A stretch of 59,389 nucleotides of DNA, counting the filler, from Dugesia japonica (lineage: Eukaryota), in assembly GCA_001938525.1 (NCBI GenBank). It is 6 parts of 6 records of this genome, joined end to end, with 100 filler letters (N's around TTAATTAATTAA, not from the genome) between each part and the next. Parts side by side here need not be neighbours in the genome. Positions count along the whole stretch, not along the records: positions 29,099 to 39,708 come from MQRL01620396.1; positions 39,809 to 50,961 come from MQRL01598378.1; 4 more parts are not named here. The stretch is one strand, 5' to 3'. Numbering within the stretch: position 1 is the first letter of the stretch; each line of letters begins with the position of its first letter. Of this stretch, positions 34,923 to 49,100 are shown piece by piece. The position numbers were made by a program, and so were the translations under genes. Under the pieces are notes generated by a model. It made no database searches and was not told the DNA's origin. It saw only the letters and a list, made by a program, of their open reading frames with translations.

Positions 34923-37900
34923 GTGTTGTAGTAGTAGAATAAATAATGTCTAAAAATAATAATTATGATTTGCAAAATAAATTACCAATTGAAGATATAC
35001 CTAACATGGTGGCAGCGGTAAATACCGATTCTATTACAGAGAGGTTATTGCCAAAGATGTTTTGCAGAGGAGATGATATTGAGAAATTCATCAAGCAGTG
35101 TGAATTGTCTTTTGAAGCTAAAAACCTCGCTCAGATAAAACAACAGCAGAGATTAGTCTTTTGTTTACTAGATGAAAATTTGTAGAAAAATATGCAAAAA
35201 TGTTGAAAAAAGTTGAAGGTTTTAAGGCTTGTTTACGAATGGCATTTGAGAAAGAGAAAGATATTATCAAAGACCTTCAAAATTTGATTAACTAAAGGCA
35301 TTGAAATAAAGAGATTCAATTTTATTTTAAAAATGTAAAATATTTAATAAAAAGAGTATTTACAAATAAAGATTTTATTGAAGAAAAAATGGTAGCAAAG
35401 ATGCTAGTATATTGTTCAAATAACAAAAGAGTTGAAGAAGAAGTGACTTTGCGGAAACGAGAGAATATAGAAGAAATTGAAGAAACAATGATGTAAGTAG
35501 ATAGAGTAGAGAAAACAGAGATCAAGTTGATGCAGTTAGAAGTAACGCGAGAGTTACAAATCAAGTTATTAGAAACCTGTAAATCATACTGTAAGGATAA
35601 CCTAAACTACATAAAATTTCTTCCGATTTACTCATGAAATAATGAATATAGTTATTAAATATAACAATAAAACTTTGACACTTATATTTTTAGAATGATT
35701 AATAAATATCAAAGAAATTACAATTTACTACAAAATTGTTTTAAAAAATTGTTTTAAAAAACTTTTAAAAATTGCCAAAAAATCGGTCATACTAAAGCAA
35801 ATTGTCCGACAAAAAAAGTGGTAGAGTTCTGGAGTTGCCAAAAAAAGGACATATAAGTTGAGATTATCCCCATAAAAAACCAACAAAATATTTTGGTTGT
35901 GGAAAGGTTGGCCATATTACCAGGTTATTTCAAGAAGTGAGGGGTAAACGATGTGGTAATGGTGTACATAGAGCAGAAGAGTGCTACACAAATTTGAAAG
36001 CGAAAAGAACAAGTAAGAAATTTATGACTACAAAAAGATCAAAAAACCGATNTAATCAAGTACATGCGATTGAAGATGAAGATGTTAGTACAAACGAAGG
36101 ATATCAGGAAGTATATGAAAGTAATTCCAAAAGACAGGGATCCGCCAGTAGAAGAGTTGGTTGGAGCCATCCATTATTAAATGAAGTTAGTAATTATCTT
36201 CAAGGGATCGAAAAGTGGGATGATATACGAAAAGTTACAGAAAAAGTATACAGGTTCTTAAAGAGGGAAATTATTGCGGATGATAGAAAAGTAAAATAGG
36301 TTGGAACAATTGAAACAGAAAAGAAAACAAATATATTGTACCATAAATTGCAAGGCAGACCAAGTGTTACTGTATTGATTCAAGGAAATAAAGTAGAATG
36401 TCTATTAGATACAGAGACTCGAATTAACCTGGTGAGTTTGAGTTGTTATAATAAATTACGAAAAGGAAATTTAGAAATGAGTGATGAAAGATTGCTTTGT
36501 GCAAACAACAGTGCACTTTAAATTGTTGGGAAAGTTAGAATTGGAGTGATAATTGATGAAGTTTGCAAAGAGATTACTTTCTTAGTTGCTGAAAGAGTAA
36601 CACCAGATCTGATAGGATGAATAGATATGCAGAAGATTTTTAAATACCAGCTAATGCGAAAGGTCGATAGCAAAACGGATGAAAAAGTTGAAAATTACAT
36701 TTGCAATATTGAAGCAANNNNNNNNNNNNNNNNNNNNNNNNNNNNNNNNNNNNNNNNNNNNNNNNNNGAAGATTAAAGACGATCAACAGTTATTGAAAAT
36801 AATTGAAAGTAAAGAAGATGCTTTTATGGTAGAAAATGAGATGTAAGACGCATACAAAATAATAACAAGTGGTGAATCGTATGTAAAACCGTATAGACAA
36901 CCAATGAACATAGAATCTAAAATTGAAGAAGCTATCCAAAACATTTTCGTGAATAATATTATTCGGAAATGCAACTCTCCTAGGAATACCTCACTAAATA
37001 TTTCAGTTCAATATATTTTGGAAATGCATACTATTAGGTAGAGCTCGAAGAAGAATCTCAAGAAAAAACAGTGTTTTCAACAAAGCATGGACAATATTGT
37101 TTTAAAGAATGCCATTTGGCATCACAGCAACACCAGGGACAATCAATTTAGCCATAGTTTATCTTGATGTCATTCTAATATTTGCGAATAATAAAGATCG
37201 ACACTATGAAATAATTGACAGAGTATTAATGGAAATAATGAAGACTAGTTTAAGAATTAATTCGGAAAGTGTCAGTTTCCTTAAAGCGAAATCAAGTTTC
37301 TTGGACTCATCATTAGCAGCAATGATGTTAGAACTGATCCGTTTAAAATGGAATTTGGCAATAAATTTTGGCAAACTTNNNNNNNNNNNNNNNNNNNNNN
37401 NNNNNNNNNNNNNNNNNNNNNNNNNNNNNNNNNNNNNNNNNNNNNNNNNNNNNNNNNNNNNNNNNNNNNNNNNNNNNNNNNNNNGCAACAAAAAATTAGA
37501 ATGGACAGATGAAATAAACGATACTTTTGAGGGTCTGAAAAAATCTCTAATGATTGCACCAATATTGTGTTTTCCGGACATAAAAAAAGAATTTATATTA
37601 GATACGGATGCCAGTTTTGATACAATTTGAGCAGTACTGTCATAAAGAGATAAAGAAGGAAGAGAAAGAGTTGTTGCCTATGGATCACAATAAATGACAA
37701 GTCATGAAAAGGGATACTGCATCACAAAAAAAGAGTTATTGACTGTTTAATATTTTTGTATGCATTTCAAATGTTACTTGTACGGTAGATAATTTACTCT
37801 TAGAACAGATCATAAAGCTCTAACTTTCATGATGACGACAAAAAAAACCAATTACGTCACAATTCAAGATATGGATTAATTATGTGAGCAATTTAGACAT

Positions 37901-38310
37901 GGTTTTAGAATATAGAATTGGAATTCAACATATTAATGCAGATATGTTATCTAGACCAAGATGTGAGGTATGTGTACAGTGTCAAATATCACANNNNNNN
38001 NNNNNNNNNNNNNNNNNNNNNNNNNNNNNNNNNNNNNNNNNNNNNNNNNNNNNNNNNNNNNNNNNNNNNNNNNNNNNNNNNNNNNNNNNNNNNNNNNNNN
38101 NNNNNNNNNNNNNNNNNNNNNNNNNNNNNNNNNNNNNNNNNNNNNNNNNNNNNNNNNNNNNNNNNNNNNNNNNNNNNNNNNNNNNNNNNNNNNNNNTGCA
38201 AAGAATTTGTGGAGTTAAATACAGAAGATAGTTTGTAGTTGTGTAATTTGTCAGAAGACCAAAGTAGTGACAACAGCAACTAAAGAGAAGAAAAAGAGAT
38301 TAGTCGCTAG
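34923..38310 (+). mobile_element. Decayed Ty3/gypsy retrotransposon 1 (LTR 3' end, PBS, gag with four knuckles, protease, RT, RNase H, start of integrase)
   Basis: ...CTAACA|TGGTGGCAGCGGT; LLDTETRINLV (protease); MPFGI and VYLDVILIF (RT); FILDTDASFDTI and TDHKAL (RNase H); CVICQKTK (integrase zinc finger); many stops and deletions. Confidence 0.9.
35007..35019 (+). other. Primer-binding site complementary to the tRNA-Leu 3' end
   Basis: TGGTGGCAGCGGT directly after the LTR-terminal CA; complementary to ACCGCUGCCACCA of tRNA-Leu(AAG/UAG). Confidence 0.75.
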
Positions 38311-39708
38311 TTTCTACTAAATAATTATTTGAATGAATTAATGGATTATAAATTTTGTCAGTATTAAAGTCATTATTATTCATGTATTTCTTCCTTAAAT
38401 GATGTTAGAATGCCACTTGAGTGGTATTCATATTACCCATCTTGTATTTGTATTGATGAACTGAATATTTTATATTGTAATTAATACATTTAAGAAGAGA
38501 ATATTTTGTATTAAGACTTCATAATCGCGAATATTGTATTGCATGTATGCTAACAGCTGCTGATAGTCAGTATTTTGTATGTTAAGAGCTATTCCTAACG
38601 AGTATTGTGTGTGTTTAAGTACTCTCTCAGGTAATATTAGCATTTGAAATTAATGTTTTATTAATTTATTATATAAATGAATTAGTGAATCATGAAACCT
38701 TTCAGTTTTAGTATAAAAAATTTCTATATATTCCAATCCTCGAATAATGTTTTAATGATATTCATATTGTACTAATCTTGTGCTTGTATTGTAATCACAC
38801 GGTACATGTAATGGACTCATACTAAGTATTGTGCATTCATCTTGCATAATTCATGTAAATTTCAAATAAGTTTTACATACATCATGTAAATTTAAGATAA
38901 AATCATTTGACTTAAAGTAAATTAGATATTACTTTCTCACTTTTTTGTCAGCATCGTTTCTTCTTACTAGTTCTCTTGCTCCTAAAGCAAAGAAACAAAC
39001 TAAAAATGAAGTGTAACCTAATTTGGATAGGAAATAATTGAATAGATATTACTTGCTCATCCCTGTGTTGTTCTAAGTGATGATATATTAATAAATCCTA
39101 ATGTAGTGGGGCATACTTACAAAAATTGGTTAATTGAATATATCTAGCTTAATTGTCTTATATTCAATGATAAGACCTAATGAGTAAGCAGGGTTGCTAA
39201 TGAGCAAACAAAGAAGCAGAAGGCTAATCAAATGATAAATATTCTGAAATGATTAAATTATTTTAAATAAGAAACATGTCATATCAACTCTTACTCAGTC
39301 TAAATAAATCTTTTTATCCTATTCAACGATTGATAAAGTGAGGACTGTAAAAATATGAATTGAAAATTTACATTAAAATCTAATGGAAAATAGAGAAAAT
39401 GATGAAAATAGGGATAAATAAGGATAAAAAGGCAAAATATTAGAAAACGACTAAGCATATGATAAAATATTGAAAAACGCAACAAAAGTGAACAAATTAA
39501 GCATATTAAATAGATTAAATGACTCTGTTTGAAGAATAAATGAAGCATAATTAGTGAGTATATTTACTCCATTAAGTATTTTCTGCCCAAACTCATATTT
39601 TCAAATGTTAAAATTCGTATTTTCTATAATAAGTCTATATTTTTTCAATGATACTTACAAAGGCCATACGGATCAGTGAATTCTGAAGTGGGTTTGTCCA
39701 AGGGGGGG

Positions 39709-39808
39709 NNNNNNNNNNNNNNNNNNNNNNNNNNNNNNNNNNNNNNNNNNNNTTAATTAATTAANNNNNNNNNNNNNNNNNNNNNNNNNNNNNNNNNNNN
39801 NNNNNNNN
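39709..39808. other. Artificial scaffold linker
   Basis: N44-TTAATTAATTAA-N44. Confidence 0.95.
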
Positions 39809-40552
39809 TAATTTTTCGCTATTGATTTAAAGTGGAAATGAAGTTTTGAGTATTTAATCAATGATTTAATGTAATAAAACAAGAAATAACATCAATTTGA
39901 ATTAAATTAAAAAGTTATTGAATGTTTAGTTTAAAAGTTTTGTTTGTTAACAAAAGCATAATAATTATTAAATATATTGCGCGAACCACTAAAATTTAGA
40001 TCATAATCTTCACTAAATTTACAATATTTTTTATTAAACTTTACTATTGATGATTTCTCTATTTATTTTGGTTATGATTTTACATTTTATTCAAATCCAG
40101 TATTTCTTGAATATAAAAGAATTTATCACACATAATTCTTCATATGACGATCATTTTAAAATAAACCGTTAATATCGTTTATGAAAAATTTATAAAAATT
40201 TTCAAATAAATCAACAGTATTTGAGAAATAAAACTCAGTTAAATTTCAACAAACACATTCAAACACGAATCATTATTATTTTAGATAAAAATTAATCAAT
40301 ATTTTTTTAAATTTAAATATGATTTTAGATTTTAAATATAAAAACAATAAATAAAAATTCTTCAATTAAATTTTATTAATTAAAACAAAATGTTTGTAAG
40401 GTTTAAAATCTAGTCTAAGGGAAATATTGGCTAACTATTTGAAAATGTTTTCGAAGATTTCTAAATTGAAATTTGCATTAGTACTTTTTAAATACAAATT
40501 TTACCTTTACCATCAAGTCAGTCTTCAATACGGCTCTAATAAAACAAATATC

Positions 40553-40611
<59 letters not shown>

Positions 40612-40661
40612 NNNNNNNNNNNNNNNNNNNNNNNNNNNNNNNNNNNNNNNNNNNNNNNNNN

Positions 40662-40717
<56 letters not shown>

Positions 40718-40781
40718 GATCATTATTATTATTTTCAATAATTCAATAACAATGAAATATCAAAATTAAGATTTCACATAC

Positions 40782-43138
40782 TGATGAAGTTATTGAAATT
40801 TTGGTTCCAGGCCCCATGCTTGCACCACGGTTTACAGATACAGAGCTCCTATTTTTAGCTCTTAATTTTTGTAAAGCCTGTTCAGCTTGATCAGCCCGTT
40901 CTTCCGAATCTTCAATTTCTTGTTGAATCTTTCGATATTTAGCCAAATTTACAGCAGCAATTTCTTCTGCTTCCTCAACTTGTCGCTTATACGTTTTAAT
41001 TTTTGCTTGTAGATTTTCAATAAGTTGTTGCATTCTATCTTGATTCTTTTTGTCTTCATCAATCTATTTTAAAATTAAATATATTAATTAAGAATTATAA
41101 GTAAATTAATGAAATTATTACTTGATAAGTAATTTCTTTTAATCTTCTATCATTCTTTCTGGCGTTCTTTTGAGTTTCTACATGTCGTTTTTGTTCACCA
41201 TCAAGTTCACCTTCCAATTCTCTTATTCTTTGCTCTAATTTACTTAAAGCTTTTTTGCCTCCCTTAAGAGCATTAGCTTCAGCCTCATCAAGTTTTGTTT
41301 GTAGGTCTTTCAACTACAAATAGGCATTAATTAATTAATGTATTAATTATCAATAAATAATTTTACTTGACTCTCAAAATTTTTCCTAGCTTTCTCTGCC
41401 TGTTGTGCATGTTCTTGTTCTTGCTTAATTTCATCAAAAAGTCTGGTATTGTCGAAAATTGCTTTTTTCAATTGTTCGTTGGCTTGTCGACCTTCATTTG
41501 TTGCTTCTTCCAAGTCGGCCTAAGATTTAGAATTCAATAATTAAAAGTTATAACTCGATATTTTACCTGCATTGCAGATAAATCAGTTTCCAATTTACGT
41601 TTAGCAGCCATAAATGAAGAATTTTGAATAGATAGCTCATTAAGTTTATCAACGGCTTCATTTTTTTCAGATTCAGCCGCTTTTCTGTTTTTCTCAGCAT
41701 GATCACACATATTTCGAACTTCCTCAAGTTCTCCATTCATCATAGTCAATTTTCTTTCGGCTAATACTAATTGTTCACTGACCAATTCACGTTGATGATG
41801 TTGTTCATCAACCTAATTTTATTATATATTTAATCAATGCAACATATTAATAGATTACTTGAGCTTGCATTTCTAATAATTGTTGTTGGTATTTCTTTGA
41901 ATTTTTTTCTTGTTCTGATTTTAATCTATTAGCAGTATCCAATCCAACTTCAAGTTCATTGATATCATGTTCCAGTTTTTTCTTCATTTTCATAGCTTCA
42001 GTTCGACCTCTTACTTCAGCTTCAAGAGATGCTTGCATAGATTCAAGAGATCGTTGATGATTTTTTCGTGTAACTTCAAATTCCTCCTCCTTTTCAGCAA
42101 TTCTTCTTTCTGCTTCTTGACGTGCCTGAAAATTATCAAATCGAAAATTGAGTGAATGTTTTTTTATAATTTCATACTTGACTTATTTCCAATTGAGCTC
42201 TTTGAGATTTTGCTTCTTCTTGTTCTAATGCTGATTCAGCTTCTTCTAAGGCATGCTGTAATTCATCTCTTTCGATTTCAATTCGTTTTCTTGCCTTTTC
42301 AATTTCATGGACATTTCTTCCTCCTTCTCCAAGTTGTTCCGTTAAATCGTGGATTTCATCTATCAAATATCGTAAATAAATTCATTTATTAATTATCATA
42401 AAATAAAATTAGATATAAATAAATATCAAAAGAAATTAGAAATGAAACATGATATCAAATGAATTTAAGAAGAAATATTCAGTTTCTTTTAATTGGAGTA
42501 TACAATATTTTAATTACATATTTTTAAATTCAATATTTTTCGTATCTATTCAATTATTTATTTTAAAACTCATCATAAATTCTTTTACAAATCTTTTTAT
42601 TGATTCTTTTCCGAAACAAGTTTATATTTGGTTAATAATTATTTAATAATCTAATTTATTAACAAGCGTTTAAATGTTCTACAAATATTATCACGGTTGA
42701 CATTTTATCAATAAAAATTGTCATTACGTTATCCATGTAATTTACTTGATCGATGTTTTCTTTTAGTAGTTAAAGTTCTACATTCCTCCTTGGATAAACC
42801 TAATATTATTTCTTAATAATTTGCAAATGTTTTTATTTCACTACCTACAGAAATTTTACAACTAAATAGAATTTTCAACACATTATTAATCTCTCATTTT
42901 ATTCATTCGTGTTGTAAAAATGTGAAGTAGATAGAAGTAGTAGAAACGTCAGATCATTGATAAATTACCACGTAATTTCCAATATTAAATAAAACTGTTA
43001 GATTTATATTAAATATTAAGGTTTTCTGTATGTTAATTTATTCTCAAAATATGAAAACAAAACTAATTAAAATTTATTATTATTATTANNNNNNNNNNNN
43101 NNNNNNNNNNNNNNNNNNNNNNNNNNNNNNNNNNNNNN

Positions 43139-43173
<35 letters not shown>

Positions 43174-45596
43174 TTAATATTATTATTATTATTATGATTA
43201 TTATTATTATTATTAGATTTATTTTTATTAAATGCCTTGAGATAAATTAAATTCTGGTGAAACCCATTGTTAAATATTTTAATATAAATGCAAAAGACGT
43301 GTGCTCACGTAATATGATAAAATTATTTCAGAATAACGAAGATAAGATATAGATGTTTATGTTGCACGAGAATTAAAGAAATGACGCAGAAACTTACTGC
43401 CACGACAACTTTATCAATGTACTTGTCAATCTCATCAACGCTATAAATCATTTCTGTTATTAAAACAACTATTCAACATGAACATCAAAACGCAAGAAGA
43501 TTGCTTTTTACTCCAATATGCTTACGACCATTGACAATTGTTGAAAACTACAACAAAATTCCAAATAGAGTTATTTTCTTTCAAAGTGGTAGTAAGCCTG
43601 AGGACAACATAGCATTTATATTTACAACATCTAGCAATATGGGCATTTCCAAGTCTTCTCCTTACGTATTTGTAGATGGAAAGTTTAAAAGTTTCACTAA
43701 TGATTTTCACGCAACTCAACACATTACATTGTATTCGTAAATCCGAAGTAATATCACTTATATTTTCAGTCAAGCAAAACTAGGAATATTAATACAAGAC
43801 TTTTAGACATAATCAATCTCTACATCCAAGACTATTGATTGATTTCGAAAAATAAACGGTTGAATCATTCAGAGAAGATTTTCGAGAATGTTTTCAAATT
43901 GGAGGTTTTTTATTACTGTAGTTTTTGATGTATTTCTAGCAAAACACAATTATTTGCTTATGCTAAACAAAAATATAAAGATGAAATGATTTTAACTTTT
44001 TGATAATTATTAGGCATACATTTTATACATTTTCGGAAAGTGAATTTTCTCACAATTAAACTAGTACATATACGTTGCTGCTCAACAAAACTAAGACATA
44101 TAATATATAATGTAATCGATTATTTCTAAGATATTTAGATAGGTAAATTGAGCCCTAATAATTATAGAAAATCAGTAATTTTTCTCATAGATTTGTGGAA
44201 TAATTATATCAACAAGACAGCTGAAAGTATTCTGATAATTAATAACTTTATTGAAATATAACATTATAATTACTCATCAATCTGGAAATTCATTGACGGA
44301 ATAAAAAAAGAGCAATGAAGAAGTGAGATGAAAATTGAAAACATAATATTTGAACAATCTATTATTTAAGCAAAATCAGTTTACAGGGACTATAGTACAA
44401 GAATTAAAAATATTGTGGATGATTATGGATTATTATTCACTATTATCTTTGAGAAATAGTGCAAATATCTTATTTAATTAGCAATCAAAATAAAAGCAAT
44501 TCGGTTGGAGCTAAACCTTTTCAGATATTTTAGTCTGTGATATATTTTTCTTTTTTAATAATTTGAATTTCAATAAAAAGTTTACTAAACAAAATAAACA
44601 TGGTAATATTAATCTCATATAAAATCTATTAAAATATCAGTTTTTAAATCTAACCTGATAAGTTTTTGTTTTCTCTCTTTAAACTCTCGATTTGATCTTG
44701 AGAATTTTCCAATACAGATTTCAATTTGAAAACTTCAGCTGAAACTGTTCTAGATTCTCTTAATGATACTTCTAATTCTTGTTGACTTTCAGAATATTTT
44801 TTCTGCCATTCACCAATCAATTTATCAACACCTTTTTGTTTCTTTTCTAATTGAGAAGCTAACCCGTTAGCTCTTTCAACATCAATCAATAAATCTTCAA
44901 TTTCTCCTTGAAGTCTAGATTTCACCTTTTCTAGTTGACTACATTTGGATTTATTTGATTCAGACTGGATTTTAGAATTTAATGAATAAATGACAACTAA
45001 TTACAAATAAATCTACCTCTTCTTCTAATTCCTGTATTCTTGCATTCATTTTTCGTTTGAATTCCTCCATTTCTTCTGATCTCACTCCTCCAGTTCCCTG
45101 AGAGTTTGATTTCAATTGTTGTAATTCATTTTGAACTTTAACAAGTTGTCTTTGTACATCACTTTTACCTTCTTGCTCTTCTTCCAGTGATTCTCTCATT
45201 GCATCTAAATCACTGAGGGCATTTCGCAAATCACCATTTAATTTTGATTTAGCCTTAATTATATTTATTAAAAGTTTCATAAAATGTTTTTATATAATTG
45301 CTTACTCTTGATTCGTCTTCTAAATTTTGTTTAGCTTCCTCAAGTTGTGCTTGGAGTTGTTGTTTAGCTTTACTGAGTTGATTAATTTGTGATTCCGCAT
45401 CTTCTAGGCTTTTGTGTAGTTCACTGTTTTCATGTTGATTTCGATTGTTGGAATTTCCAGCATCAGATAATTGTTTTGTCAATTCATCTAATTTATTTTG
45501 GAGTTCAGAAATAGTAGCTTCCAGGCCTTTATTTGACTTCTCAAGATTTATCTAAATTTAATTTGAAAATTTATTTTTTTTTTAACATATTATTAC

Positions 45597-45655
<59 letters not shown>

Positions 45656-46131
45656 NNNNNNNNNNNNNNNNNNNNNNNNNNNNNNNNNNNNNNNNNNNNN
45701 NNNNNNNNNNNNNNNNNNNNNNNNNNNNNNNNNNNNNNNNNNNNNNNNNNNNNNNNNNNNNNNNNNNNNNNNNNNNNNNNNNNNNNNNNNNNNNNNNNNN
45801 NNNNNNNNNNNNNNNNNNNNNNNNNNNNNNNNNNNNNNNNNNNNNNNNNNNNNNNNNNNNNNNNNNNNNNNNNNNNNNNNNNNNNNNNNNNNNNNNNNNN
45901 NNNNNNNNNNNNNNNNNNNNNNNNNNNNNNNNNNNNNNNNNNNNNNNNNNNNNNNNNNNNNNNNNNNNNNNNNNNNNNNNNNNNNNNNNNNNNNNNNNNN
46001 NNNNNNNNNNNNNNNNNNNNNNNNNNNNNNNNNNNNNNNNNNNNNNNNNNNNNNNNNNNNNNNNNNNNNNNNNNNNNNNNNNNNNNNNNNNNNNNNNNNN
46101 NNNNNNNNNNNNNNNNNNNNNNNNNNNNNNN

Positions 46132-46198
<67 letters not shown>

Positions 46199-49100
46199 AC
46201 AAAATTTCAATAAAATCTAAACAATAATTATATACCTTTGCTTTATTAAGTGATTCCAATTGACCAGATAAATCTTCGATATCTCCTCTTAATTCGTTTT
46301 TCTCTCTTTCAATTCTTTCATTAAAGTTATTAGATTTCATATTTCAGAATTTATTTTATAACTTACTTGGATTTAGATTTTTGTAATTGATCTAATTGAT
46401 CAGCAAATTCGTTGGCAGTGTCTTGTTGTTTCTTTCTCGTTTGCATTATTGCTTGTTCATGTTGCATATTGGCTTCTTCTAAATCGCGTTTCAATTTCAT
46501 AAGTTCTGCTTCTCGTTTTTTATTTAAATCAGTTTGTGCTTGGGTAGCACCTCCTTGTTCTTCAAGTCTTTCAGTGACTTCTTCAATTTCGGCTTCTAAT
46601 TGATGTTTGGCTTTTTCGGCTTTTGCTCTAGCTTGTCTTTCAGCTTCAAGATCTTCTTCTAATTCTTGGATTCGAGCTTGAAGTTCTTTAATCTTTCGTT
46701 GAAGGGTTGCAACTAAATTATTTTCATCTTCTATTTTGGAATTTGCACCGTTTAATTCCATTTCCTTGCGTTTCAATTGTTCTTCAAGTTCAGATTTAAC
46801 ACGTTCTAAATCATTCAGCATTTCTTGATTTTGCTTTAGTTCTCCTTCAACTTTTCGTTTTGCTTTTTCAACATCTGCTCTTACTTTTTGTTCTCGAGAA
46901 AGATTTTCCTCCATCTAAATTTATGTAATATAAATAATAACAATTGTATTTTGTTAAATACCTCATCTACAGCCTGTTCTAATTTAGCTTTAGCCTTGTT
47001 TAGATTGCTGACCTTTTCTTCTTCTGCTCGTAAAGATTCTTCCGTCTTTTTCTGCAATTCATCTGCTGCTTTCTTTTCTTTTTGCATTTTTGTAATTTGT
47101 TCTTCTTTCTCACGAACATTATCCTAAATAAATGATAGTTAACAGCATAATAAATTATGTTAAAACCTACATTAAGAGTTTTAATTTGTTGATCTTTTGC
47201 TGCCTTCTCTTGTTCCGCTTTTTGTAAAGACGACTCCAAACTCTCCACATCCTTTTTCAGTTCTTCAATTTCACCGTTCAGTTTCTTTTTAGCTTCTTCC
47301 AATGTTGTTGCAGAATTTTCTTCTTCAGACAACTGATCCTCAAGTTCTTTAATTCTTCCTTCCATATCAGCTTTTTGTAACACTAATTTAGAAACCTTTT
47401 CCTCAGCATCAGCAAGGCTGTCTTGCTCAGTTTGTAGTTGTAAAAATAAATCATTTTTAGCTTGCAAAAGAGTAACATTTTGCTCTTCTAAGTCTTTTTT
47501 ATATTTCTCTGACTTTTCAAATTCTTCTTTCAATTTCGCTAATTCCTCTGCCGCTTTTTTCATTTCTTCTTCCTGTCGAGCAATATTTAACATAGGCTTT
47601 ACCTTTGTGAATAATTTCCACCAAGTCCATGTTCTTAATACCAAGTATTTTCGGATATTTCTCTGGATTAATGACAAAGCAACTCTGAAGCAAATTATAA
47701 ATAAAAAATTAATATTTTGCTTTATTTCGAAAAAATTTCGAAATATTTTTATTTATTTATGTAAGTATGTAAGAATTGTTTTACAATTACAATTATTGCG
47801 AAAATAATTGTTGGAAGTAACCATTGATCGTTTTTCAGATTTCATTAAAATAAAAGCTTCCATCAAACTTTTTTTTGATTTTAATAATAATTCTAATTTT
47901 CGACTTTGTCTTCGTCAGGAAAGTCAATTCCTGAAAAAGAAAAAGTCGAAAATTAGAATTATTATCAAAAAGAAAAGAACAAAAATTTTGATAGAAGCTT
48001 TTATGTTAATGAAAAGTAACTAAGAATTTCAGAAAAGACATTTGAATTAAAAACTGACATTTTCATTTTTACTTTTATTTATTAGCTATCTTGATTATTT
48101 TTATTTATTTTTTTAGTGCGAATAAAATAAAACACAGTGATTTACATTTTTATTTATATTTCTAATAAAATTTGTAAATTTTTAAATTAACTTCTAAAAT
48201 TATCAAATTCAAATTATCAATAATTTCATAATTTTAACGTAATCTCCCTGTAATACTTCAAAGATGAAGAGACAAAAGAACCACATAATTTTCAAAGGAA
48301 TAAGAGGAAAAACATCGACTAATGATACAAAATTAAAAGCAAACGAATGTTCATCAAATTTGGAGGAACGTCTATAAGAGATCTTCAGTAATCAGACTAT
48401 TACCATCAATCATTCATCGATCTATTGGAATTCGGAACAATTAAACCAGTTTCAAATGAAATATGATGGATTGTTTGTCAGTAATCAAAAATTGGAATTT
48501 GAGTATTGTAAAAAATAAAGTCAAATTNAATATCTATGGAATAGAAAGAATGTCAAGTTACGGCATCGTGAACAACCAAAACAGTGCAACAAACATCTTT
48601 AAGGAAAAAAATGAGGGAAAATAGAGTAGCTGTAGAACACAAAACTTACTTGAAAATGAAACCTTCTCAACATGTGCCGATAAGATGAATGGAAAACTTA
48701 TTGATTCTACTAGATATTTTTTTAATATTGTTTACAGCTTATCGAAAAGAAACTATCCGTTTTTATAAATTGAATCCGAAATAGAGCTTCAAGTAAATAA
48801 CGGCTTGGGTATGGAAATTAAACTACATTCTCGACATTGTGTTTTTTACGAAGCTTTAACAGTTTCCAGTAGATCAACTCTCATAGTTTTCATAAAAGCG
48901 GAATCCTTTACAGCAGAATTTTCTGGAATATTTCCAGTAATTTTTATCGATATTGCGAAATTGATGCACAAAATACCAAAACTATATTTGAAATTGAAAA
49001 AAGAACTGAACAATATTTCTCAGGACCTTAATTTTGATTTAATTAAAATTAGAGAGCACCAAAATGGGTTTTATGTAGCCTTAAAACTGCTCTTCGTGTA

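Noticed and set aside
38340-39708. Possible long LTR of another element
   Set aside because: Strand-skewed and repeat-like, but no second copy, PBS, PPT or TSD could be fixed in the window.
41967-47127. Plus-strand ORFs overlapping the myosin exons
   Set aside because: Antisense shadows of the coiled-coil coding sequence.
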